Positions 1 through 12,406 of a DNA stretch of 64,000 bases are shown in pieces (the stretch's first letter is position 1; every line of letters starts with the position of its first letter). Made by a program: the position numbers and the translations under genes. Under the pieces are notes generated by a model. It was not told the origin of the DNA. It searched no databases and saw nothing but the letters and a program-made list of their open reading frames with translations. The stretch is from Chiloscyllium plagiosum. Lineage: Eukaryota. The stretch is from assembly GCF_004010195.1 (NCBI RefSeq), contig NC_057718.1:57128264-57192263 (forward strand), given 5' to 3'.

Positions 1-19
1 ACACGTAGTGTTTTTGGAG

Positions 20-1035
20 GAGGCAGTGTAGTGATAATATCACTGTACATAAGTTAATGCTTTGGAAACACAGATTCATGGCAGTGGATGGAATTTAATT
101 CCGAATAATAAATCTAGAGTTAAAAGCTGTCTTCATCAATAGCGATCCCAGAATCATTGTCAATTGTTGCAAAAACTCATCTGGTTCACTAATTTCCTTT
201 CAAGGGAGGGAATTTATTCTTATGTGATCTGGCCTACATGTGACAGCACATCCTCAGCAAAGTGGTTGGCTCTTAATTTCCCTCTGAAATTGCTTGGCAA
301 GCACTCGTGGATGTACGATACCTTTAAGGAGACTAAAAGATAGCAGTGATAGCACCAAGTATTCTAAATAAAACACAATGTAACATGTGATCCAGCTACT
401 GCGGTAGCTGGTTGCCTGGAAACGACAAAACATTCAAATTAGGCCAATCAGTTTAAATTATATCCTGAAAAATACCAAATTCCAATCAAGTTTGACTTGA
501 GTATATTGACAATCTTAAAAGCCAATGACACAATCAGATGGTTTGGGGTATAAGACCAGAGAAAATTGAACAGTTGGGAGAAGAACTGCCAAGCCAGCGA
601 CATCTGCACACTGCCCAGAAAATAACTCTCTTAAAAGATACCTTAAACGATCAGTAACCTGTGAAGCAGACTTCCCAAGAAGAAAAAGGCAGGAATTCAG
701 AGAAAACTGAGAGCAGCCTGGTTTTGAAATAAGAAGCGTTGTTTTGTAAATCTTAATTGGGAGTTTTATCGGACTAGTATTCTAGAAGGGAAGGTAAAAG
801 ATAGGTTAGAGGAAGGACTTGTAAACAGTTGTTAGTTAATTATTCTCTTATACTTCAAGAAGTAAAGTTGTTAATTTTTACTTTAACAAGTTCTTGACCT
901 ATCGAATTTTCACAGATTACTGCATGGGGTAAATCTTTTCTGTGTTGCTGGTTTTTAAATTAAGCAGGAGAGTTTACCCCATGTCGTAACAGTTAGGAAT
1001 GGCCAACAAATGGCAGTGATGTCCAAATCCCATTT
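20..1035 (+). mobile_element. Old DeuSINE-like (SacSINE1-like) SINE split by an LTR at 307-991
   Basis: Core ctggttcactaatttcctt...tctggcctacatgtgac...gtggttggctcttaatttccctctgaaat. The tail resumes after 991. Homologous to 18075-18432. Confidence 0.7.
307..991 (+). mobile_element. Solo LTR (Gypsy-like), slightly 5'-truncated
   Basis: TATA-like ggggtataaga at ~545, ends gtcgtaaca. Collinear reverse-complement similarity to 6798-7508 and 28030-28689. Confidence 0.75.
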
Positions 1036-2742
1036 CTGTCAGCCAATACTTTGTAATTCTCAAGCATATTTTATCAAATATCTCATTTTGGTTTTTAATG
1101 CTTTTTTTCAATAGGGAGTTAATTTAATGTTTTGGATAACATTAGTCATGATCATCTTTCAAAACTAGTCAATTCATTTGAACATTCAGGTGCTAACAGC
1201 ACTTTTCACTTGATAGCCACAGAATTGAACCTTGTTCACTCTTCATAATCCAGATTCAAGGTGCAATAGGGAATAGTATCAGTCAATATTCATCTCCTAT
1301 GGAGCCAAAACAAAGGAAGATGAGAAAATGTCTGGATTTCTATAATCTCCCAAAAGATCGCTACCTCTGCACTTGGATATGTTTTTATGTAATTATTTTA
1401 CTTAATGTTAGCTAGATCTTTTGATACGAGTCACAGCTGTAAAAGACTGATATTTGTATGAAGTCAACTTTTTTCAATACTCCGTTGATTAGACATTGCT
1501 ACCAGTAATGAGTTTTAAGCCTCTATCTTAAACTTAGTTCTGAATGCCTTACAAAGTGTCTGTTGATTATCATTATTTACCTGTAATTGAAAGACTTGGA
1601 TTATCTACCTTATTTGGTGCATTCTGATACATACACTTGAGAGAAACTGAACTGGGTAGACATCCAGCCTTGTGACCTTTCCTAGTTGGACTTCCTGATC
1701 TTTCTGTAGAAGTACAATTTACATCCCTGCCAAATTATCAACAGTTTGGACTGTTGTGCTCAGAGCACTTAGAGGTAATGCATGTATTCCATGTTAATCA
1801 TACCTAAAATATAATTGTAAAACTCTGGTTTTTATAACACATGTAAAGTTTGTAGTCCCAAATGTCAGGCTAAACAGGATATCCTTGAAATGAATTAGTT
1901 GGTAAGACAGCTTTGGCTCAACTGATGTGGCTGTGCCTACAGGGCGAGATTAGAGACAAAGATTTCAAAGAGTAATTTACTAAATATTCCCTTTTCGTAG
2001 CTCCCATGAATTTATTTCCCTTGGGTAGAGAGAACATCTGGGAAACAGATGAGAGCAGTGCTTGTAATGAGACAATAACAATTTAATCTTAAGTAGGAAG
2101 TGTTGTCAAGCCTGCCTTATTGCTCTGGAATCCAGTCAGTCATTCTATCAACATAGATATTATTGACTTACTGTAAAGTTTATAGGGAGGAATGAGGCTC
2201 TGTTAAATTGGGATATTCTGTACTTTTCTAAAAAAGCTTGAATTCTCCAGTACCTGGTAGGAACATCTAACCAATTTTTAAAATTACATTCGGCCTCTAC
2301 AAGTTTGAACAATTGTAAGTCTTTTACTTGGGTAGGTGAAATCTTGGAGTCTTGTGTGACTTTTTTGCTACTGGCAATGAATGCTTTGCTCAAAGGCAGG
2401 TCTTTGTTTCATTGTCTACTGATACTTGATCTTGAGATGTGTTATTGGAAATTCTTGTCAGTGGTGGTTTACCATTGCATTCCGCTTTTAGGAAGGGCTG
2501 GGTCCCAAGTCAGTGGAGGTCAACCACATTGGTGGTGATATTCTGAACTACATGCAAACCATCTAACCAACTAAATGGACCAATCTCCACCTTTCTTTAA
2601 CTTCCAGTATAATGTTTACAACATTATTAATGGAAGTGGCCCAATGATGTTTCTTACAATCAGTGCAGAATTTGCTGTCTTTGTAGCATACAAGAATGGC
2701 ATAAGCAGTTATTAAGGTTGAAATAGGGCTTCAGTAGTAATG

Positions 2743-2876
2743 TGGTAAAAACAATGACTGCAGATGCTGGAAACCAGAGTCTGGTTAGAATGGTGCTGGA
2801 AAAGCACAGCAGTTCAGGCACCATCCGAGGAGCAGTAAAATCGACGTTTCGGGCAAAAGCCCTGCATCAGGAATAC
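2743..2876 (-). mobile_element. Short PLE terminal element with hammerhead motif (core variant CTGATGC)
   Basis: Minus strand reads ttcctgatgcagggcttttgcccgaaacgtcgattttactgctcctcggatgg...ttttccagcacc...gcatctgcagtc. Same family as 24848 and 37326. Confidence 0.85.
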
Positions 2877-3418
2877 AGGACTCACAACAAATTAGCAGAG
2901 TTCATTTATACAGTGCCTGCTGTTCTTTTCATTCACTTCAAGGCACTAATTCTCCCACCACCCCCTATTTTTCAACAGTCCAGTCTTTATCATCCCACAG
3001 TGGATTTGTTTGGGCCTGTGACACTAACTCCATCTTGTGGTAAATAGCCATTTCTGTGAATTTTCTGACGTATTCCTTTGTATGGGACATTTAAACCTTA
3101 TACCTTCTTGAGTCAAGTAAGTTAAACTGTTGTGGAGTCCTGCCAGCCATTCACAAACCAGTAGAATACAAAATATTAAATTCATGGATGGCTTCATGTT
3201 GAAGTGATATATGATGTTGTTTGTATGGCTGTCAGCATCCTTTTACATGCTAGTTCATTGCAATCATCATCTGTGTTTCCTGTTGAAAAACCTGTCTGTG
3301 ATCTTATCCTCCATGACCTGGGCATACAAGATATCACTTCCCATGGCTTGGATCCAGCCCACTTATGTACGGTGACTCACCGCAATTTGATTCTGACTGT
3401 ACCCCATCTTCTACGATT

Positions 3419-3662
3419 TGATTTGGAGATGCCGGTGTTGGACTGGGTTGGACAAAGTTAAAAATAACACAAAACCAGGTTATAGTCCAACAGGTTTATT
3501 TGGAAGCACTAGCTATCGGAGTGTTGCTCCTTCATCAGGTGGTTGTGAAGGAGCAGCACCCCGAAAGCTAGTGCTTCCAAATAAACCTGTTGCACTATAA
3601 CCTGGTGTTGTGTGATTTTTGACTTTGTACACCCCAGCCCAACACTGGCATCTCCAGATTAT
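3419..3662. mobile_element. Fold-back (palindromic) PLE-derived element with degenerate hammerhead motifs
   Basis: Two ~115-bp inverted arms (gatttggagatgccggtgttggactggg... / ...cccagcccaacactggcatctccagatt) around a ~10-nt loop near 3540. Confidence 0.85.
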
Positions 3663-4194
3663 GATGTTGTGTTAATAGAAAAATGGCTTTAAAATGTGAA
3701 GGACTTGAGTGCTTAATATACCATGATACACAATGTACAGAGAAAGATGGACAAAAGGAGGTAAGGTGGTAGCACCGAATAGGAATGATACTGTAATGTT
3801 GGAAAGAACGTTCTTTACAAGGTAAACATTAATCAATTTGTTTAGAGTTGAGAAAGCATCAAAATAGTTCGAGAGAATTGGAGGGGCAAATTGGGGAGGT
3901 AAAATTGGATATAGGGGTCTGGTCAATGTTGAGGAATTGGGAAGATGTCAGGGGTGGGGATGGCCTTCAGTTTTATAGCTAGTTAATTTTTCCCAGGTGG
4001 TGATTCAGGTAATTAAGTCAGAACTCTTCAAAATATCTGCCTTTGCTTCAGAGTTGGTAATTTTTTTCAGAGGCTTCTAGACACATGATAATTGCCCATC
4101 AAAAGTTTAAATCTCCAGTACATTGGGACATCTGAGGGTTTCCCAACAAACATCTTTCAGGGTGTGTGGCCGCAATAGCTATTTTATAATTATA

Positions 4195-4325
4195 ACATCT
4201 AAATTATGACCATGAAACCGTTGCTGATTGTCAGGAAAAAACAACATGGTTCACTCATGTCCTTTTGGGAAGGAAATCTTCCATCCTTACCTGGTCTGGC
4301 ATAGTTGTGATTGCAGATCCACAAA
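4195..4325 (+). mobile_element. DeuSINE-like fragment
   Basis: gaccatgaaaccgttgctgattgtc...ggttcactcatgtccttttgggaaggaaatcttccatccttacctggtctggc. Confidence 0.65.
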
Positions 4326-5139
4326 CAAAATTAAATGATAAAGTTATGTAAGAATGTTAATAGGTTCTTTAGTGTTATTAGCAATTACTTTTTATCCATT
4401 GCAACTATCATTTTTGGACCCAATTAAAAACATTCCTGTCAACTCCCCAAACAGTACCTGTGTGAAAGTGGACCCCACATTTGGCCTGAAATATTAGCCA
4501 CAAAGTTCAAGTTTTACATCTGTATATTTGGTTAAGAAAAATGATTAATGGTATTGATCCATTGATATATTCTTCAAGTCACAGAAACAGCTGCAGCAAT
4601 GGTGTCATTGGCACTCCTAGCTCCTGGGACTAGCTTCTTTTTTTTCAGCTTGCTTGTACTGCACTGCTTGATCATCATCTGAACTTGCACAGCTGTCTGT
4701 CCTTTTTTTTTCTGGTTTCATCCAGTTTTACTTTCTCCAGAAGTTTGGTTTCCAATCTCAGTCTCAGTTTTAGTTCCTCTTAGATGATTTATGAAAACAA
4801 ATTATTCTTTTTACATTTTTAATTTGTTTTACAAAAACACAGGTTTGAAGAGATAGTTTATGTATTGAGTAATTTTTACAGTTACGTATGATTTGAGTCA
4901 TTGAAGGACTGGGTTTTGTGTAACTATTAAATAATGTAATGAAATGCGTTGCTTTAACTTCACTACCTCAGTTTCTCGTTTTATTTAAGATAATCCTTAA
5001 GTATAGCCTCTTTAGCCCAGCTTTCTATCATCTGATTTAACATCTTCATTTTGAGGCTCAATGTCATACTTTGTTTTATAATGCTCCAGTAAAGCACCTT
5101 GAGACATTTTACTAGGTTAAAGGTCCTGTACAAATATAA

Positions 5140-5319
<180 letters not shown>

Positions 5320-5539
5320 TAATTGTTTAATTAATTCATAAATAGCATTATTAATTACTAAATCACTATGTTGTCAGGTCTGTTGATAATAATCAATACC
5401 TTGCCTCAATAGACACATTTTACTGAAAGGCGATATTGTTAGTGTTTGGATTTTGGATGATGTTAGGAAGGCAATTTATAATATCTGTCAAAACACTGGG
5501 TTTGGTCTCCCTACAAAAATCTGTGAAGGAACCAAATAC

Positions 5540-6420
5540 ATGCTTGTTACTTTCACTAAGAATTAATTAAAACATAACTTCCCCTTCAAAAAGCCATGTT
5601 GATTCTGCCTGATGCTAGCATGATTTTCTAAATATTCCATCATACACTCCCAAATAATAGATACGAGCAATTTCCCTGTTGCAGATGCAAGGCTAATTGA
5701 CTTACAGCTTCCCGCTTTCCATCTCCCTTCTTTCTTGAATAAATGTTCCATTTGTTTCTTTCCCCAATCTGCAGGGACTCTTCCAGAGTTTAAGGAATCT
5801 TCAAAAGATTACAAGCAATGCCTCTATTATCTCTGCCGCTACTTATTTAAAATTCCTGTGATGCAGGCCACTTGTTCTGAGGACTTGTCAGCCTTTAGGT
5901 CCAATAAATTTCTCAACTTCTTTTCCCTGGTGGTGTTTAATTGTTTTAAGTCTGTCCCTTTCTTTTACCTTTTGATTTTCAAATGTCTTGGGAAAATTTT
6001 CTATGTAGAAAATGTACAAAATACCTATTTAATACATCTGCCATTTCATTGTTTTCTATTATAAATTCCCAGGCTCAATCTGTAGAGGAGAAAGTGAGGT
6101 CTGCAGATGCTGGAGATCAAAGTTGAAACTTTATTGCCAGGCTCAATCTGTAGAGGATCAAATCCAGCTTTAGTTAGTCTTTTCCTATTTAAAAGTTTGC
6201 ATAAATTCTTGCTCCCTGTTTTTATATTTCTCGTTATCTTTCTCTCACATGTTCCTTTCTCCTTCTATTATTGGTTGAGTCACTCTTTGTTAGCTCATCA
6301 AATCTGGCCAAACATCTAAACTTATCACTAGTGTTTGTACTTTCTCTTCCAACTTGATACAATCTTTAACTTCCTTATTTCACCACAGGTGACGTATCCT
6401 TCTCCAAGAATGTTAATGTT
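5540..6420 (-). mobile_element. Decayed CR1 LINE ORF2 fragment
   Basis: LFKKEGR...ISLASATGKLL...IRQNQHGFLKGKLCFN is a typical CR1 RT-proximal motif; many frameshifts. Confidence 0.8.
6090..6136 (-). mobile_element. 47-bp PLE 3' tip flanked by a 21-bp direct duplication
   Basis: gaaagtgaggtctgcagatgctggagatcaaagttgaaactttattg lies between two exact copies of ccaggctcaatctgtagagga (6069-6089, 6137-6157). Confidence 0.8.
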
Positions 6421-6614
6421 AAGATGAAACTTTGCTGAGAGTTATGGTGTTAGTAGATGCAGCCCCTTTTTAAATCTGAGCCTACATCCGTTGAAATGTG
6501 CATACATGAATAAAGCCATGTTGCCCGCAGCCTATTAATTATCTCCTTTAAGGTCTAATACTGCAAGTCTACTGTCCTGCATTCTAGCCTAGTTTCTCGA
6601 TGTAGGAGCAAATT

Positions 6615-6790
6615 ACTGCAGTGCATCAGGTAGCATCCATGGAGAAAGAGCAAACTTAGATTTTGAATCTAGATGAGTCTTCATCAGAGCTGCGTGAAGT
6701 GTGGAGGGGACAGCATTTATGCAATAGTGGGAGTGGGTGGGGGAGGTTGTAACATTGCAGGAGAAACACACACCATTGTTCTGCCATTAT
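6615..6790 (-). mobile_element. Old PLE terminal fragment with decayed hammerhead motif
   Basis: Minus strand ctctgatgaagactcatctagattcaaaa...ctccatggatgctacctgatgcac has the same layout as the other PLE tails. Confidence 0.55.
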
Positions 6791-6797
6791 CACATTT

Positions 6798-7508
6798 TGT
6801 TACGACACGGGGTAAACCCCCCTGCTAATTTAAACCAGCAACACAGACAAGATTTAACCCGTGCTGTAATCTGTTAAAATTTGAGAGGCCAAGAACAATC
6901 CAAAAGGTTACTATTTAAAGTAAGAATTAACAACTTTATTTTTTTAAAAAAGTTTAACAGAGAATAATTAGCTAACAACTATTTACAACTCCTTTCTCTA
7001 AACTAACTTTCACTTCCCCTTCTATAATATTGGTCCGATAAAACCCCTAATTAAGATTTACCAGAAATTCAAATTTCAAAACCAGCCAGCTGTCGAATCT
7101 TCTCTTTGTATCTTCCTTTCTTGTCGTCTTCTTAGGGTTTCTGTTTCACAGGTCACTGATAGATAAAGTTACCTTTAAGAGAGCTATTCTGTGGGCAGTC
7201 TGCATATGTTGGCGGCTTGCCAGTTCTCCTCCATCTGTTTAATTTTTCAGCTTTATACCCCAAAGCATTGGATCATTTCATTGATTTCAATATTGTCAAA
7301 ATACTAAATTTGAACTTGATTGGAGTTTAGAATCTTTGGGCATAACAAATTGATTGGCCAAATTTGAATTTGTTTTTGTCTCACAGCAACCCAGGTACTG
7401 CTAACTGCTGGACTAAATGTTACATTGTAAATTTTCCAGCACTCTTGTGTGCTTGCTAAGTCCTTCAACTCTTTTAAAGGTACTGTAGACCTCTAAGCCT
7501 TCATAACC
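6798..7508 (-). mobile_element. Solo LTR (Gypsy-like)
   Basis: Starts tgttacgac and ends ttcataac, i.e. inverted tgtta/taac termini. Inverted homologue of 307-991. Confidence 0.75.
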
Positions 7509-7599
7509 ATTCTGATCACTTAATCTGAACTATTAACATTCTTTCTTCCTCAGCATTTCAACCCAGTAGGTCAGTATGTAGTGATTGAGGCGAAGGTAG

Positions 7600-8545
7600 A
7601 GTTTAAGTCAGTAAGTCTAATATGATGAACAGGCAGGGCCATGTTAATGAACATGGTGGGTCTCGTGGTCTGAACTGTATTTATTTTAATGCAAGGAATC
7701 TAATAGATAAGGCAGGTGATCTTAGAGCCTGGATTAGTTCATAGAGCTATGATGTTGTAGACATTACAGAAACTTAGTTGAGATGGGTGGGACTGGCAGC
7801 TAAATGTTCCAGTGTTTAGAGTTTTAGGTGTGATAGATAGGGGTACAAAAGGGGTGGGGGAGTTGCATTACTGATTAAGGAGAACATCAATCAGTAATAG
7901 AACTCGGAGATAAGAAAAGTGCAGTCATTATGTTGGAGTTATACTATCGGCCTCCCAATAGCCAATGGAGATAGAGGAACAGATATGTAAGCAAATCGTG
8001 GAAATATGTAAAAACATCAGGGTTGTTGTAGCAAGGAATTTTAACTTCCTCGATATTGACAGGGGCTCAATAGTGCTAAAGGCTCAGATGCACAGAATTT
8101 GTTTGGTGCATTCAGGAGGGCTTCTTTGAAACAACATGTAAATAGTCCAACCAGGGAGTGTGCTGTACAAGACCTTGTTCTGGGGATTGAGCCTGACCAG
8201 GTGATTGAAGTTTCAGTGCATAAGCATTTTGGGAACAGTGATCATAATTCTGTAAGTTTTAAGGTAGTTTTGGATCAGGATAAGACAGGTCCTCGGGTGA
8301 AAGTACAAAACTGGGAGAAGGCTAATTGCAACAGTAGTAGGCAACAACTGGAGAAATTAGATTTGGAATGATTGTTTGAAGGTAAATCCACATCTGACAT
8401 GTGGGTGTCTTTTAAAGGCCAATTGATCAGAGGTGAGGACCAGCAGGATATAGATCAGTTGGGAAGTTGGGTAGAGAAATGACATATGGAGTTTAATCTG
8501 GACAAGTGTGAGGTGATGCATGATGCAAATTGGCAGGTTAAATGT
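7600..8545 (+). mobile_element. Decayed CR1 LINE (APE endonuclease region joined to a short RT piece)
   Basis: YFNAR, YYRPPNS, LKQHVNSPTRECAVQDLVL and HFGNSDHNS motifs; then tggagtttaatctggacaagtgtgaggtgatgca. Confidence 0.85.
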
Positions 8546-9185
8546 TTTATAAATGGTTTATAATCCCTTATTTCTGTCTATGCAGTTTTATAAATCCTAA
8601 TCTCTCTCTCTCTATATACTGGATTATAAATCCTTATCTCGCTGTGCTGTTTTATAAATATTAATCCCTCTCTACTGTTTCATAAATCCTTACCTCTTTC
8701 TCTCTGTCTCTCTCCCTGCTGTCTTATAAATCCTCACTTCTTTCTCTCTGCAGTTTTATAAATCCCAATCTCTCTCTCTCTGCTGTTTTATAAATTCTTA
8801 CCGCTCCTATTGCTGTTTTATAAATGCTTAAACCTCTCTCTCTGCTGTTTTGTGAATCCTTACCTTTCTCTGCTGTTTTGAATCCTTACCTTTCTGTCTG
8901 TTGTTTTATGAATCCTTATCTCCTCTGCACTGTTTGTCAATCCTAGCTTCTCTCCATGCTGTTTTATGAGGTCATTCCCCTCTCTCCTCACTGTTTTATG
9001 ACTTTGCCCCTCTTTCTGTGCTGTTTGAGGTCTCACCTTGCTCCGTCTGCACGGTTTTGAGGTCCGTTCCCCCCTCTCCTCTGTTATTTTGAGGTCTGTC
9101 CTCTCTTTCTTTGCTGTTTTGAGATTCGTCCCCTCTCTTGGCATTGTTTTTAGGTCACTCCCTTCTCTCCATGCTATTTTAATAT
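8545..9185. repeat. Diverged minisatellite, ~30-35-bp unit (ctctctctgctgttttataaatcct..)
   Basis: Roughly 20 imperfect units; explains ORF 8860-9204. Confidence 0.9.
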
Positions 9186-9224
9186 CAATGAACTTAAACT
9201 TCATCTGAACCTCTTCTATCCATT

Positions 9225-9680
9225 TTTTAATTTAGATCAAAACTTGTTCTCCAATCATTCTGTATTCATTTACCTTCATTAGCTCCCACTTAAGCAACAT
9301 ATTCATTTTAAAATTCTCATCAAGTCCCTCCATGAACTTGTCTCTCCCTGTTGTTTAAGCTCCTCCAACCATACAACTGCCTGAAGTCTTGGTAGTCTTC
9401 CAGTTCTGGTACCTTGCGCATTCTTGGTTTTAATAGCTGCGTCATTGGTGGCCATCTTTCCAGATGCCATGGTCCTCAACTCTGGGAATCCTGCACTAAA
9501 CCTGTCTGATTCTTTGCCTATTTCCTCCTTTAAGATGCTCCTTAACAAAATGTTTTGACAATGTGCCCTTCACCTTCTGTGATTTGGTGTCAGATTTAAT
9601 GTAATGATATTCCTGTGAAGAGTTTGAGATATGTTACTACATTAAAGATGCTACATAATAAGTAAGTTATTTTATTAGTC
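9225..9680 (+). mobile_element. L2-type LINE 3' end
   Basis: tttaaaattctcatcaagtccctccatg...ctcaactctgggaat...tcctgtgaagagtttgagatatgttactacattaaagatgctacata. A similar short tail lies at ~5000-5150. Confidence 0.65.
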
Positions 9681-10703
9681 CCTCTTTGTAACTTTCTGTT
9701 CCCATTTATGCAATTTAATGTTCTTCCTAATTTTTGAGTCAACTGCAAATTTGAGAGGATAAATCTTTGTTCCTTCATTTGAACTGCTAATATATATAGT
9801 GCGAAACGATACTCCAGCCCTGAAATTTAACAAACATAATTTTTCATGTTGCACTGATTAGACTACATTTCTTTTATACTGACTCTTGGCTTTCTACCTC
9901 ACAATTAGTTGGCAACCCAGATCACAAGTTTGTATCCAATTCCATTTGCTCTCATTTTTGCTGGCAGTGTCTTGATGGAACTTTATCATATGCTTCTGGA
10001 AGTCCATGTAAGAATGTCCACAGACACCTTGAAATATAAACAGGAAATGGTAAAATACCCAGGCAGCACTTCTAAAGAGATAAACTGACTAAATGTTTCA
10101 AGATGATAATCTGATGATATTAGATATTGTGAACTTTAAGTGATGTATAAAGTTATATTTTTGCATATGCAATAAATATCATGATTAAAGATGAACAAAA
10201 CAAATATCAAAAGTAAATTAAATGCACAACAAACTGTTTCTGCAAAAGTCCCTGTGAACTGCATTTGTCAAATATCTCAGTTCTAAGGTTCACAGTTCAT
10301 TATCATGAACATTAGATTGTAGCTGTAGCTAAACAAAGCATGCTAATTTAAATATTTCTAAATTAAAACTGATAAACGTTTAAGGAAAAAATATTGAACA
10401 ACGCTTTAAATTTTAGGTCTCTTCATTTGGCCCATTCCCAGAGTAATCCAAAACTAACATCTCTCTTCCTATCAACCTGTTGATGGACATCTTCCTCTAC
10501 TTCAAAAATGATAAGATACACTATCTTCCCTGTGATAAGCCATTTAGTCCTTTCCTCGTGGCAGTCTTATTTCAATTACCTTTTATCGTTGACTGCCTGA
10601 GCCAGTGATACACCCTGCTGGACCTAGACCTTCATAGATCTTCCTTTTTGCTTTCTTTCTTCCATGAGAGTAATTCTGGTATCTAAATCTCTTTGCAACT
10701 ATT

Positions 10704-11020
10704 GATTAGATTAGATTACTTAGTGTGGAAACAGGCCCTTTGGCCCAACAAGTCCACATGGACCCTCCGAAGAGCAACCCACCCAGACTCGCTCCCCTAC
10801 ATTCACCCTTTCACCTAACCAGGCAATTTAGCATGGCCAGTTCACCTAACCTGCACACTTTTGGACTGTGGGAAGAAACCGGAGCACCCGGAGGAAACCC
10901 ATGCAGACACATGGGAAGAACGTGCAAACTCCACATAGACAGTTGCCTGAGGTGGGAATTGAACCCGGGTCTCTGGCGCTGTGAGGCAGCAGTGCTAACC
11001 ACTGTACTACTGTGCTGCCC
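10704..11020 (-). mobile_element. tRNA-derived V-SINE (HE1-like)
   Basis: A/B-box-like head (agtggttagcactgctgcctcacagcgccagagacccgggttcaattccc), V-domain tgggtttcctccgggtgctccggtttc, (taatc)n tail. Confidence 0.9.
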
Positions 11021-12259
11021 ACAGTTTCCAACTTAGGCATCAATTCCATGTGTCTACCTTATATGTCTTCTACAGTTCTAATGTCCTTTTTAAAATGTTT
11101 CCCAAAGATGCATGCAATATTCCAAACTATGTACTAACAAAAGCTTTATATAAATTTTTGTTACTTCTTGATTGATAAATTTCCAGGATACACAGCTTCA
11201 TTAATCTTAATTTTCTAAAGCTGTTTAGCTTTGGGATATGTGCCTCTGGCTTGCAAATTTCATTCCATTATATATGTAGGAAGACAGAGGAAATCTTGGT
11301 AATTATAGACCTGTCAGTTTAACATAATGTGAGTAAGTTACTGGAATCAGAAGAGATGGAGGAAGATATTTTAACCTATAGAATGTTTGAGTTGCATGGG
11401 ATGTTAAAATAGTAAAAATCTCAAATGCATACATAGTCCATCTACGTCCAGTTTTCATGGATCACACATGACAGAGGCCAGCAACCAAGCTCCTAGGTTA
11501 CAGATTAGTTTTTCCAAGCACTAGATTAAATTCTGCTGTATGTAGCATGTTTCGTTGGCTTTTGGAAACATAGCATATAAAGAAAAGGGAGGACTAATCA
11601 ATCTCCCATATAAGAGGTTTCCAGTGCTGCTTATGGACCACAAGAGTCACGATTGCTTCTGCCACTGTCTCTAGCCCACCAAACATAACTTGTTCTTGGT
11701 CAACAGTAACACCTTTCTCACCTTGGTGATGAGATCCCTCCTGCCATCTGATCTTTCAGTGATCTGGCCTTCACCCATGCCTTTCTGATCCTTACCTCCC
11801 AGCTGCAAATTTTAATCTCCTGGACTCTGATTACATAGCCTCTCTACCTTTCAGTTCTCCCTGCTGACCTTTCCAATCTGATTCCCCTTCCCCCATGTAT
11901 ATCTTTCTTCCTCCCACCATGGCTTTTTGACCGCCTTCCCAAATCATTTTGCTCTCTGTGTCTTGCATCACCAATCTCTGATCTCTAGCTTCTGAACCCA
12001 TTTTATCCTCCAAGAGGGTAAAGGAGGGAATGAGTCACTCCTTAAAATAGAAAACCAGCATGTAATATGAAAAGGCAATTTATAATTTATAGTAATCATG
12101 TATTAGATCTTATCTACTAATGTGGTCAAATAATACCAAGCAGTTTGTGTTTTCATTTGATTGAAATATTTTAATGTGACAAATCACTGCTGTAATTAAT
12201 TTTCTCACCTGAATTGTTTTTTATTTTATCGAAAACTTGACATTTTAGTGGCAAAATAG

Positions 12260-12406
<147 letters not shown>

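Noticed and set aside
3419..3662. pre-miRNA or MITE interpretation of the hairpins
   Set aside because: Multi-copy, variable arm asymmetry, long variable flanking duplications and central hammerhead cores favour a PLE origin. A MITE is not formally excluded without a genome search.
8860..9204. Repetitive charged ORF, or a CRISPR-like array
   Set aside because: Minisatellite with no unique spacers, in eukaryotic intron context.
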